The translations under genes were made by a program, and so were the position numbers. 64,000 nucleotides of DNA from an uncultured Pseudomonadota bacterium. GTDB lineage: Bacteria > Myxococcota_A > Polyangia > Fen-1088. Numbering within the stretch: position 1 is the stretch's first letter; each line of letters opens with the position of its first letter. The notes beneath the pieces were generated by a model. It was not told the origin of the DNA, did no database searches, and saw only the letters and a program-made list of their open reading frames with translations. Shown here piece after piece: positions 42,755 through 51,780 of the stretch. Location of the stretch: contig CAVZEF010000005.1 in NCBI GenBank assembly GCA_963774325.1, positions 197,767 through 261,766 on the forward strand, read 5' to 3'.

Positions 42755-44542
42755 ATGATCGGCACCAAGAGCACTCCCCGGAACCTCGTCATCGCCCTGG
42801 CCGGTGCCTTGACCTGCCTGCTGGTTCCCGCTGCCGCGCATGCCCAGAACGCGCCTGCGGTCGAGAAGCTGATCCAGATGAACAAGAAGGCGCTCGACGA
42901 TTACGAGACGCTGGAGTGGGACAGCGCGAAGCGCACGCTGCTGCAGGCGCTGGTGTTCGCCAAGAAGTCGAGCTTGGAGACGCACCCGATGATGGCGCGC
43001 ACGTATGTGCACCTCGGCGCGGTCTACATCGTCGGCTTCAACGACAAGCAGAAGGGGTTGCAGAGCTTCCAGCGCGCGCTGGAGATCGATCCGACGATCC
43101 GCATCAGCAAGGCGATGTCGACGCCCGAGCTGGAAGAGCTGTTTGCGCAGGCCGGCCGCGGCGGTTCGAGTGGGGGCGGCGGCGCCGATCGCTCGGCCGA
43201 GCCGCCCGCCGACCGAGGCTCGGACGCTGAGCCGCCGCCACCGTCGTCCTCTTCGGGCGGCCGTCGCCGGCGCGCGCCGATCATGGAGGCGGAGCCGCCG
43301 CCGCCGCCCAAGCCGGTCGAGGAAGAGGACTCGGAGCCGGATCTCCCGGCGCGCATCAACGTGCTCGAGTGCCCGATCAAGGATGAGACGCCGCCCGAGA
43401 AGTCGGTGCTGATCCGCTGCGCGATCGCGCCCAATTTGCCGGTGACCAAGCTCTTCCTGCTCTACCTCGAGCCGGGCAACGACGACTTCACGTCGACGCA
43501 GATGGAGAAGACCCCCAAGGGCTGGTACGCGGCGAAGATCCCCAAGAAGGCGGTGACCGGAACGTCGCTGCGCTTCTACGTCGAGGGGCGCAACGAAAAG
43601 GGCAAGGCGATCGTCTCCAACGGGCGCGTCGACAGCCCCAACGTCATGCTCATCCGCGACGCGGAGGCGGCCGCGACCGAGAAGGAGCTCGGCGGCACCA
43701 GGCGCACCAAGGAAGAGAATCCGCTCGACGAGCCGGATCCGACGCGCCCGCGGCACCTCCTCGGCCACATCGACCGGTCGAAGATCGGCCTCGACACGCG
43801 CTACGGCAACCGCCAGTGGTGGATCGGCTTTGCCATCGGCAGCGGTTACGGCTTCGCGCCGGCGGGCGGGCTCGAATCGCTGCCGCAGCTCGCGCCGCGC
43901 TACGTCTCCGGTGTCGCGTGGGAGGGTGGTGGACACCTCGCGCCCGAGATCGGCTACCAGCTCGGTCCGAACTTCGCGATCTCGCTCGAGGGTCGCAACC
44001 AGTACATCCCGCAGAGCAGCCACTTCGCGCCCTACGCTGCGAAGGGCGCCCAGGCGGTGCTCGCGAAGCTCATCGCGTACACCAGGCAGTCGCGTGGACG
44101 GTTCTTCGGCGACATCGCGGTCGGCGGCGGCGAAGGATTTCGCCTGATCGCGACGCCGGCGCAGGGCTGCAAGGCGCCGGGCGTCACCGGACAGGAGTGC
44201 TCGGGCTACTTCACGAGCAACGGCGGTGGTCCCGTGATCATGGACCCGGCCTTCCCGAGCTTCAAAGACACCGTGCGCGGTGGCCCGGGCCTGGCGGGCG
44301 TGGGTGGCGGCTTCCTGTACGAGATCAGCAAGAGCGTGTCGTGGATGGCCGAGATCAACCTGCTGGCCGGCTTGCCGCACTTCGCCGCGATCGCCGACAT
44401 CAACACCGGCTTCCAGTTCAACTTCGGGTCGACGGCGCCGCCGCCGGAAGACCCGCTCAAGAATCTGTTCAAGCAAAAGACGGTAGTCGAGCCAAAGCGT
44501 CCGAAGCAGAAGCGACCCGCTCAGCAGCTAGACGACGAGTGA
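42755..44542 (+). CDS. secreted protein with TPR-like N-terminal region, acidic/Pro-rich linker and a large C-terminal domain (possibly beta-barrel), function unknown
   Basis: ATG 42755 (MIGTKSTPRNLVIALAGALTCLLVPAAAHA). TPR-like ..ARTYVHLGAVYIVGFNDKQKGLQSFQRALEIDP. The C-terminal half is rich in G/A/Y/F alternating stretches. The basic tail overlaps the convergent kinase gene by 74 nt. Confidence 0.45.
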   Translation: MIGTKSTPRNLVIALAGALTCLLVPAAAHAQNAPAVEKLIQMNKKALDDYETLEWDSAKRTLLQALVFAKKSSLETHPMMARTYVHLGAVYIVGFNDKQKGLQSFQRALEIDPTIRISKAMSTPELEELFAQAGRGGSSGGGGADRSAEPPADRGSDAEPPPPSSSSGGRRRRAPIMEAEPPPPPKPVEEEDSEPDLPARINVLECPIKDETPPEKSVLIRCAIAPNLPVTKLFLLYLEPGNDDFTSTQMEKTPKGWYAAKIPKKAVTGTSLRFYVEGRNEKGKAIVSNGRVDSPNVMLIRDAEAAATEKELGGTRRTKEENPLDEPDPTRPRHLLGHIDRSKIGLDTRYGNRQWWIGFAIGSGYGFAPAGGLESLPQLAPRYVSGVAWEGGGHLAPEIGYQLGPNFAISLEGRNQYIPQSSHFAPYAAKGAQAVLAKLIAYTRQSRGRFFGDIAVGGGEGFRLIATPAQGCKAPGVTGQECSGYFTSNGGGPVIMDPAFPSFKDTVRGGPGLAGVGGGFLYEISKSVSWMAEINLLAGLPHFAAIADINTGFQFNFGSTAPPPEDPLKNLFKQKTVVEPKRPKQKRPAQQLDDE

Positions 44543-45815
44543 GCGCGGCGGCGAGCGACGCCAGCATCGCGCCGGTCTCACCGAATCGCTCGATCGCGGG
44601 CGGTGCCACCGGTGCCGCGTCGTGCCGGCTGCCCGCGATGAGCGCGCTCTGGTCGCGCAGCGGGCGCCCCATCATCATCTCCCAGATGATCGCGCCCGCC
44701 GCGTAGAGGTCGGTCGCGGGCGACGCGGGCGCGCCCGCGAACTGCTCGGGCGCGAGATAGAGCGGTGTTCCGCCGGGCGCGTCTCCGCCCGGCTCGCCGC
44801 CGACGTCGCCCGAGGCGCCGATGAGCTGTGCGATGCCGAAGTCGGCGATGACCACGTCGCCGGGCCGGCGCAGGAGCAAGTTCGACGGCTTGAGATCGCC
44901 GTGCGCGATGCCGCGCGCGTGCACGTGAGCCAGCGCCTCGAGCAGGCTGCGCGCGGTCGACAGGATCTCGCCGGCGTCGAAGCCGTCGTTGTTGTCTGCG
45001 CGCTGGTTGTCTGGCGCGCTGCGTTGTCTGCGCGCTGGTCGTCGGCGCCATGAGGGCCGACGTGTGGGGGGCCCTTGCCATTGGGGCTTCCGGCCGCCAC
45101 CTGGCGCAGGCGCGTGCGCAGCGTGCCGCCCGACACGTACTCCATCGACAGCGTGCGCGCCCCCTCGTCGAGGTCGTAGATGGCGATCACGCCGGGGTGG
45201 CGCAGCGCCGCAGCGAGCCGCGCCTCGGCGAAGAAGCGGCGCCGTGCTTCCGAACGCGCCGGCCCGGCCAGCTGTGGGTGCAGCACCTTGAGCGCGATGG
45301 GGATGTCGAGCACCTGGTCGCGCGCGAGATAGACCGCCGACGTGCCGCCGCGGCCCAGCTCGCGCACCAGGCGGTAGCGCAGGATCTCGACGCCGTCCGG
45401 CGACACCAGCGTACCGGCCGCGCCCTCGGCGGGCGGCTGGATCTCATCGGCGCGCAGGCGGCGCAGATGCGCCCGCGCCTGCGGGTCGTCGATGTCGATC
45501 GCCAGCAGGCGCTCCCAGCGCAGCGCCGCGCGCGCCAAGGCGCCTTCGCTCTCGTCGAGCTCGGCCAGCAAACGGTTCGCGTCGGGCGCGACCGCGTCGG
45601 CGGCGCTGCCCCCGCGATCCAGCACCTCCAGCTCGTGGCGCGCCGCCGCGCGCTCGCCGCAACGCCATGAGCAGCCGCGCGTACCGCAGCCGAGCGGCCA
45701 TGTCGCCCGGCGACGCCCCCAGGTGGCGGCGCAGCGCCGCTGTGGCCGCCGCGAGATCGCCGGCCTGCTCCGCGCGGTCCGCCTCGAGCATCAGATCGAC
45801 CTCGAACCGCGGCAT
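44469..45815 (-). pseudogene. Ser/Thr protein kinase with TPR-like N-terminal region; HGD instead of HRD; frame-broken
   Basis: N-terminus in ORF 45444-45815. YRLVRELGRGGTSAVYLARD..ALKVL..EARLAAALRHPGVIAIYD..MEYVSGGTL is in ORF 44675-45625. ..VHARGIAHGDLKPSNLLL..VIADFGIA..TPLYLAPEQ is in ORF 44469-44924. Breaks are near 45650 and inside the 15-nt repeat at 45006-45022. Confidence 0.8.
44991..45037 (-). repeat. three tandem copies of a 15-nt unit (GTTGTCTGCGCGCTG) inside the kinase-domain insert
   Basis: Copies are at 44991-45005 (15 nt), 45006-45022 (17 nt, two extra bases) and 45023-45037 (15 nt). The clean unit encodes QRADN on the minus strand. Confidence 0.85.
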
Positions 45816-45817
45816 GG

Positions 45818-47071
45818 CTAGTCGACCTCGATGCGCAGGCCGGTGCCGGCGACGCCGGCTGCCGGACGGATCTCGATGACGTCGCCGTGCAGCAGATCGC
45901 AGGTCGCGCCCACGAAGTGGCCCCCCACACGCACCGGCGTGCCTTCGCTGCGGCCCAGACGCGCGGCGCCCGCGCCCAGCTCCAGCCAGAGCCCGTCGGC
46001 GCCCGGGATGAGCTCGCCGAGCGGGAACGGGTCGATGCCGACCACCGCCACCAGCTGCCGGTCCAGCCCCGAGGCGCCGCGCAGGATCACCCGGTCGCGC
46101 GCCGTCGAGCGGAAGTGGATGCGGCAGTCGCGGCCCAGGGCCAGCTCGCCCTCGCCGCGCAGGGGCAGGGGAGCGCCCAGCACCGCGCCGCCGACGCGCA
46201 CGCCGGCGCGGGAGCCGGCATCCTCGATGTGCAGCTCGCCGTCGCGCGCCGCGATCACCGCGTGCCGGCGCGACACGCTGGGGTCGCGCACCGGCACTTC
46301 GGCCAGGAGCTCGCGGCCCAGCGTCGCCGGCACCGCCGCGAAACGGATCGGTCCGAGCAGCGCGCTGCCCGCGCCGGCGCTGCGCAGGGTGACCGCGCGC
46401 TCGCGCACCAGGCGGCTCTCGACGTCGCGCGCCCGCTGGCGCACGCCGGCCGATGTCGGGAGCTCGCCCGGGATGCGCGACGCCGCCTCGAGCGCGGCGC
46501 GCCGCTGGCCCGCCGCCATCAGCGACTCGAAGCTGCGCAGCTCGTCGAGCGCTTCGCGCGCCGCGCGCAGCCGCGCATCCTCGCGCTCCAGCGACGCCTC
46601 CATCTGGTCGAGATCGCCGATCGCGCCGTAGGCGTCGGCGGCGCGCGCGTCGTCGCCCAGCTCCTCGTAGGCTGTCGCCGCGCGCCGGTGGTCGCCGCCC
46701 TCGGCCAGGATCTCCGCCGCCGTGCGCAGCGCGCGCCGTTCGAGATCGCCGAGCGGCGGGTGCGACAGCCGCGCCAGCAGCGCCTCGCCCGCGGAGATCC
46801 GCGCCGCGCGCATCTGGTCGGTCAGCGCGGCACCGGGGCGCTTGGGGACGGGGATCTTCCCGAGCGCCGAGCGCAGCGACTCCGCGGTGGCCCGTAGCTC
46901 GTCGATCGTCGCCGCGGCCCGTGGTCCGCCGGCGTAGCCGAAGACCACCACCAGCGAACCCCAGGCGCGTTCGCGCGCCAGCCGTTCGACCAGGATGGGC
47001 AGCTCATGGGTGACGGCGGCCGACACAACCTCTTCGAGCGATATCTGCCTTTCGTCGCCGGTGAAGGGCAT
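45818..47071 (-). CDS. FHA domain-containing protein
   Basis: The start was moved to ATG 47071 (MPFTGDERQISLEE..). A helical/TPR-like middle region precedes the FHA core LGRELLAEVPVRDPSVSRRHAVIAARDGELHIEDAGSRAGVRVGG and a second FHA-like C-terminal module. The stop lies 3 nt from the kinase start. Confidence 0.75.
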   Translation of the reverse strand: MPFTGDERQISLEEVVSAAVTHELPILVERLARERAWGSLVVVFGYAGGPRAAATIDELRATAESLRSALGKIPVPKRPGAALTDQMRAARISAGEALLARLSHPPLGDLERRALRTAAEILAEGGDHRRAATAYEELGDDARAADAYGAIGDLDQMEASLEREDARLRAAREALDELRSFESLMAAGQRRAALEAASRIPGELPTSAGVRQRARDVESRLVRERAVTLRSAGAGSALLGPIRFAAVPATLGRELLAEVPVRDPSVSRRHAVIAARDGELHIEDAGSRAGVRVGGAVLGAPLPLRGEGELALGRDCRIHFRSTARDRVILRGASGLDRQLVAVVGIDPFPLGELIPGADGLWLELGAGAARLGRSEGTPVRVGGHFVGATCDLLHGDVIEIRPAAGVAGTGLRIEVD

Positions 47072-47183
47072 ACGGGTCTTCAAGATTAACAGAGCGCGCC
47101 CCCTGGAGCGCCCCGATACGAGGACGGGCGGAACCGGCGTACACCGGGTCGCAGTTACCGACGCTTGCGGGTACACTGTGACC

Positions 47184-48785
47184 ATGCTCCAGCGAGTGGC
47201 GCTCGGGCAGGTTCGGTTCAATCTGCCCGGGCTCGCGGTCGACGGGCGCGGCGTCGTCGCCGGCCGGCAGATCGCGGTGCGGTTCGGCGCGATCGATCGT
47301 CTGGTCTCGTTCTTCCGCCTGCTGTCGGCCGAGCAGAGCCTGGACGATCTGCAGCCGGGCCTGCGCATCCTGCAGGCGCGCGCGTCGGCAGGCACGCGCG
47401 AGGCGATCGTGGTGCTGCCCGCCGGCTCGTCGCATCTGGGCGAGACCGCGGCGCGCGTGGCGCGCATGGCAGGCGGCCAGACCTTCACCGGCAACGGCAA
47501 GCACTTCGTGCAGTACCGCGACGCCCGCGCGCCGCTCGGCTACGACGCCGCCGCGATCTCGCAGGATCCGGGCGACGTGATCTTCTACGGGCTCGAGCAC
47601 ACGGTGTCGTACAGCGTCGAGAGCGAGCTGCCGCTGCAGAAGCTCTTGCTGCGGTTGTCGCTGCAGCGCCAGCACGGCCGCGCGCGCGAGATCGATCCCG
47701 GCGCCGTGCTCTATCTGACCGCGCGCCGCGGTCTCGGGCCGATGCTCGCCGAATATTTTTATCGCGCGCAGTCGGCGCCGCCACCGGCCGCCGCCAGCAC
47801 CGGGGCGGGCGCGGCGTCGAGCGCGGCGCCACCCCAAGCGCTGCGGGCGTCAGCGGCGCTGTGCGACGGTAGCCCCGAGAGCGCGTTCCACGCGGGCACG
47901 GCGTTCTGGCTGTTCCGGCTCGAGTCGGTCCCGCCGCGCATGATGGGGCTGCTGTCGGCGACGCCGGGGCTGGAGCTGTTCACACCGGTGAGCGCCAACG
48001 TCGCGGTCGCCTATGGATACCGGCACCCCATCCACCTCGACGCGTGCAAGGCGACGTTCCCCGGCGATCGCTTCTTTCTCTTCTCGCCGCACGAGGGCGG
48101 CGCCACGGTGCTGTCCCCGGTCCCGGCGTTCGCGGCGGTCGAGGACCTCGTGCGCATCCGCGCGCCGGCCGCGCGCGAGCCCGAGGGGCGCGGCGCGCGC
48201 ACGATGCCCCGTCCCGACTTCGCCGTGCCGCTGCGTCTCGAGCCATTCCCCGACTACCAGCGCCACGCGGTCGCGACGCTGGTGCCGTGGCGCCAGGCCG
48301 ACTGGCTGCGCCGCCTCTGCTACACGCTGCCGGCGACGGCCTTGCGCGGCTACCGCCTGGCGGTGCTCGACCGCGGCATCCTGGTGATCTCGAGCAGCGT
48401 GCTCGACGGCATCCCCTTCGGCACGCTGCTCGACTTTGCAGCGCCGGATCTGCTGGTGCCGCTGGGCGCGCGGCTGCGGCCCGCGGTGTCGCCGCAGATC
48501 CTGTCCGAGCGCACCGGCGCGATCGGCGGCGCGATCGTGGTGTTTCCGCAGCTCGGCGAGGCGCCGTTCCGCGTGCCCGCCGACGCGATCGAACCGTTCG
48601 AGCGCCGCACGCTCGCCGACGCTGACCTGGGCAGCGACGCCGGCATCGCTGCGGTCCGCAAACGCGCCCCTGATCCGGTCGATCCCGCCGGCGGAGGCGG
48701 CGCGCCCGCTGGACCGGCGCCGCTCGAGCCGGTCGAGATCGAGAACGACTACCTGGGTCCGATGCCGCTTTGGGGCCTGGCCTGA
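47184..48785 (+). CDS. conserved-looking hypothetical protein, 533 aa, no recognisable domain
   Basis: ATG 47184 (MLQRVALGQVRFNLPG..). A long intact GC3-saturated frame, divergent from the FHA gene across a 112-bp spacer. Confidence 0.55.
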   Translation: MLQRVALGQVRFNLPGLAVDGRGVVAGRQIAVRFGAIDRLVSFFRLLSAEQSLDDLQPGLRILQARASAGTREAIVVLPAGSSHLGETAARVARMAGGQTFTGNGKHFVQYRDARAPLGYDAAAISQDPGDVIFYGLEHTVSYSVESELPLQKLLLRLSLQRQHGRAREIDPGAVLYLTARRGLGPMLAEYFYRAQSAPPPAAASTGAGAASSAAPPQALRASAALCDGSPESAFHAGTAFWLFRLESVPPRMMGLLSATPGLELFTPVSANVAVAYGYRHPIHLDACKATFPGDRFFLFSPHEGGATVLSPVPAFAAVEDLVRIRAPAAREPEGRGARTMPRPDFAVPLRLEPFPDYQRHAVATLVPWRQADWLRRLCYTLPATALRGYRLAVLDRGILVISSSVLDGIPFGTLLDFAAPDLLVPLGARLRPAVSPQILSERTGAIGGAIVVFPQLGEAPFRVPADAIEPFERRTLADADLGSDAGIAAVRKRAPDPVDPAGGGGAPAGPAPLEPVEIENDYLGPMPLWGLA

Positions 48786-48811
48786 GCAGCATGTATTCGC
48801 GGAGGAGCTGA

Positions 48812-49977
48812 ATGGCACGGCGGTTCGTCAGCGATTTCCTGCTGCCGCTGGTGAAGGGGGGCGCGCTGCACATCGGCCGGCCGCTGGGCCCGCGCGCGGT
48901 CGAACGCATGGTCGACGGCGTGCTGGGATCGACCGAGGCGACCCAAGACGCGGGCGAGCTCCCGGCCGTCGAGCGCCAGGCGCTGGCGGAGCTGGCGCGC
49001 TACCGCCGCCAGCGCATCACCGAGCTCATGCCCGCCGCCGACGCGCCCGCGCTGGACGCGGTCACCCTGCGCCTCGGCGCCGCGCTCCACAATCTGCTGG
49101 CGCTCGGGCACCCGGAGATCGCCGGCCGCGGCGTCGAGTCGCGGCAGGAGCGCATCGCGACCGCGGCCGCGACGCTGGCCGCCGCCGGCGCGCCGCGCAG
49201 CGTGCGCGAGGCGGTCAGCCGTCATTCGTTGCTCGCGCGTCTGCCCGAGATCGTCCGCTCCGACCATACCGTGCATTTCTGGGTCGGTCGCCGCACCTTC
49301 GTGGGGCGCGTGCCGCCGCGGCGGATCACGGCATTGCCCAAATTGCGCAATGTCCGCGTCGATCTGGTGCGCCGGAGCTGGTTGCGCGAGGTCGGCATCC
49401 CCGCGGTCGGGCGTCCGGCGTTCCTGGCGCTGAACCTGGCGAGCCCGCTCGGCGAGGCGCTGGACCCGCTGCGGCTCGAGCCGCCGCTCGCCTGGAGCCG
49501 GGTGCTGGCGGTGCTGCGCTTCCCCGCGCTCTGCCGCGCCGTCGCCGGCCGCGCGCTGGATCTCGGCGTGCGCAAGGCGGGCGAGGCGTTCGCCGACGCG
49601 CTCTTTCGCTTCGCCTCGCTGCAGGAGCCGACGGGCGGCGTGCTCGCCACCGCCGAGGCGTTGCGTTTCGCCATCCGGTTCCTGGCGCATCTGGTGTGGC
49701 TGGACCTGCTGTTCGGCAGGGAGCGCGCGCGGCGCCGCGGATGACGGCGGCGATGCGACCGCCGACTTCGGCATCGAGCTGCCGGTGATCCTGACCGCCG
49801 CGCAGCCGCACGTCCGACGATCTGGTCTGGCCGCGCGATCTGCCGCGCGACGGTGATCTGGGTCGCGCGTTCCTGGCGCGGCTCGACGCCATGGCTGCCA
49901 AGGTCACGGCGCAGAACCCACCGCGGTTCGAGTCCGCGCTCGGGATCGCGGAGCTCGCTACCGAAAGCGCCGCCTGA
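48812..49977 (+). pseudogene. hypothetical protein; ORF 48812-49744 plausibly continues through two +1 shifts to TGA 49975-49977
   Basis: ORF 48812-49744 (MARRFVSDFLLPLVKGG..). After its stop, the next frame reads ..DGGDATADFGIELPVILTAAQPHV. The third frame reads DDLVWPRDLPRDGDLGRAFLARLDAMAAKVTAQNPPRFESALGIAELATESAA*. All segments have high GC3. Confidence 0.45.
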
Positions 49978-50005
49978 CACCGCGCGGTCGACGTTGCGCT
50001 GCCGG

Positions 50006-50797
50006 TTACACGCGCGACACGTGGTTGTTCGACTCGTCGGCGGGAAGCTCGATCACGAACGTCGCGCCTTCACCGGGCGCGCTGATGAGGCGGATCGTCC
50101 CCTTGAGACGATCGACCGCGCGCCGCACGATCCAGAGCCCGAGGCCGAACCCGTCGCGATCGCCGGGACGCGGCTCCTGCTGGAAGCGCTCGAACGCGCG
50201 TTGCTGCTCCTCATCGGAGAATCCGGGGCCGTGATCGACGACGGCGAGCACGACGGTGCGCGCGGCGCGGGTGGCGATGATGTCGATGGGCTTGCCAGGC
50301 GCGTACTTCGTGGCGTTGACGATCAGGTTCGAGAGGATCTGGTGAATCGAGGCCGGCGACCAGCGGCCGCGGATCGCGGCGTCGCAGCTGATCGTCACCG
50401 AGCAGCCCGAACGCTGCAGGGCCGCGCTGTGCAGCCCGACGCACTCGTGGATCGCCTGGCGCAGCTGCACGACCTCGATCTCGTCGAGCCCGACGCGGCG
50501 GCGCTCGATCTCGGGTGTCTCGCGCTCGCGCGCCTCACGCAGCAGTCCTTCGATGAGGCCGACAGTCTGCTTGACGATCTCCCGCGCCCGCTGCAGCGAC
50601 GCTCGGATCTCGTTGCCGCTGGCCGCACCGGGCGGCAGGCGGCGAAGAGCGGCCTCGATGTTGAGGTGAACCGCGCTCAGCGGCGAGCGCAGATCGTGCC
50701 CCAGAGTCGAGAGCAACTCTTCGAATTGGCGCAGCCCTCCCTCGCGATCCACAGGTCGCTCGGGGATCGGTCCCTCCACTGTGCTCACGCTCCCCAC
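50006..50797 (-). CDS. cytoplasmic histidine kinase (DHp + HATPase only, no sensor domain)
   Basis: H-box LGHDLRSPLSAV, N-box NLIVNATKYAPG, G-boxes VDHGPGF and GFGLGLWIV. Confidence 0.85.
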   Translation of the reverse strand: MGSVSTVEGPIPERPVDREGGLRQFEELLSTLGHDLRSPLSAVHLNIEAALRRLPPGAASGNEIRASLQRAREIVKQTVGLIEGLLREARERETPEIERRRVGLDEIEVVQLRQAIHECVGLHSAALQRSGCSVTISCDAAIRGRWSPASIHQILSNLIVNATKYAPGKPIDIIATRAARTVVLAVVDHGPGFSDEEQQRAFERFQQEPRPGDRDGFGLGLWIVRRAVDRLKGTIRLISAPGEGATFVIELPADESNNHVSRV

Positions 50798-51120
50798 GCC
50801 AAAACTCTATCGAAATGCGTCACCGCTTGACACTCCATTCGAATATGTATTCAACGAAGGTGATTGAATGTCATCGTCGACATCAGTCGGCGCGCGCGCG
50901 GTGAGCGGGGGAGCACGCCGCGTGCGAAGGTCGTCGCGTCCGCCTCCTCATCGCAGGGAGGGGCTGATGGATCGATCCGACGGGTCCCGGTCACGGCTGT
51001 TTCACGGCGCGCGTCGCGAACCGTTCTCAGACGATCGATTCGTGACAGAACGCAGTCCGCCTTGACACCCTCCGCAAAACGCGGGAGGAAGCCATTCTTC
51101 CTGACAACTGAATAGAAACG

Positions 51121-51297
51121 CTTTCGGTGCCCGTCAGGGCATAAAAGGGAAGACCGGTGAAAGTCCGGCGCGGTCCCGCCACTGTCAGTGGGAAAGCAAT
51201 CTCCCATACCACTCGAGGCTGAAACGTCGACGACGCCAGCCGCGGGGAAGGGGGAGGTTGCGCATCGACACCCACGAGCCAGGAGACCTACCGAAGG
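51121..51297 (+). promoter_or_regulatory. cobalamin (B12) riboswitch
   Basis: Matches the conserved cobalamin-riboswitch core: GGTGCC..AAAAGGGAAGACCGGTGAAAGTCCGGCGCGGTCCCGCCACTGT..CCACTCG..GGGGAAGG..AGCCAGGAGACCTACC. P1-like pairing is CTTTCGG (51121-51127) with CCGAAGG (51291-51297). A TonB-dependent receptor lies downstream. Confidence 0.8.
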
Positions 51298-51444
51298 CAC
51301 GAGCCTTTCACCTCTGCGAGGAAACAGGGGCGGCTGCGCGAGCTTTCGACGTCTCTTCTCCGTCCGTCGTCGCCTCTTCGTCGTCCTCGTCGCGTCGTTC
51401 CCGTCGCTTGTCGACTTCGTTTCCCGCCGAGCCGAGTCCCGACA

Positions 51445-51780
51445 ATGCCGGCTGAACGATCGACGAACCCCCTCACGACAATTGCCACCATCGCGGCAGT
51501 GAAAGCGCGCGTACAGCGCACGCCGGTGGTGTTGGGGCTCGTCCTCGCGGGCCCCGTGCGGCCGGTCCCCATCGCCGTTGGCGGACTGAATAATTCATTC
51601 ACCACGTTCATCCCGTCAGTGTCGTTGAGCAGCAACGACACCGGGCGCCCGCTCGTCACCGCTTGGCGGACGGCACTGCTGATGCAAGAGAGCCCGCGGC
51701 TACCGCATCTACGGCAGCTCGAAACCGACCGTGAGCCGATCGTCCCGATCGAGCCGGTCGACGACAGGGCGAGCCGATGA
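51445..51780 (+). CDS. hypothetical 111-aa ORF between the riboswitch and the TonB-dependent receptor
   Basis: By hand count, about 80 percent of third codon positions are G/C. The stop overlaps the receptor ATG (ATGA at 51777-51780). There is no SD and no recognisable family, so the call is tentative. Confidence 0.3.
   Translation: MPAERSTNPLTTIATIAAVKARVQRTPVVLGLVLAGPVRPVPIAVGGLNNSFTTFIPSVSLSSNDTGRPLVTAWRTALLMQESPRLPHLRQLETDREPIVPIEPVDDRASR

Noticed and set aside
45818-47071. The FHA plus Ser/Thr kinase pair as a type VI secretion (Fha/PpkA) regulatory module.
   Set aside because: No T6SS core genes (tssA-M, hcp, vgrG, clpV) are anywhere in the window.
50851-51300. ORFs 50851-51300 (-), 50864-51115 (+) and 51188-51502 (+) in the region upstream of and across the riboswitch.
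   Set aside because: They overlap or lie antisense to the cobalamin riboswitch, show no motifs or ribosome-binding sites, and sit in what is more plausibly the shared promoter and leader region.
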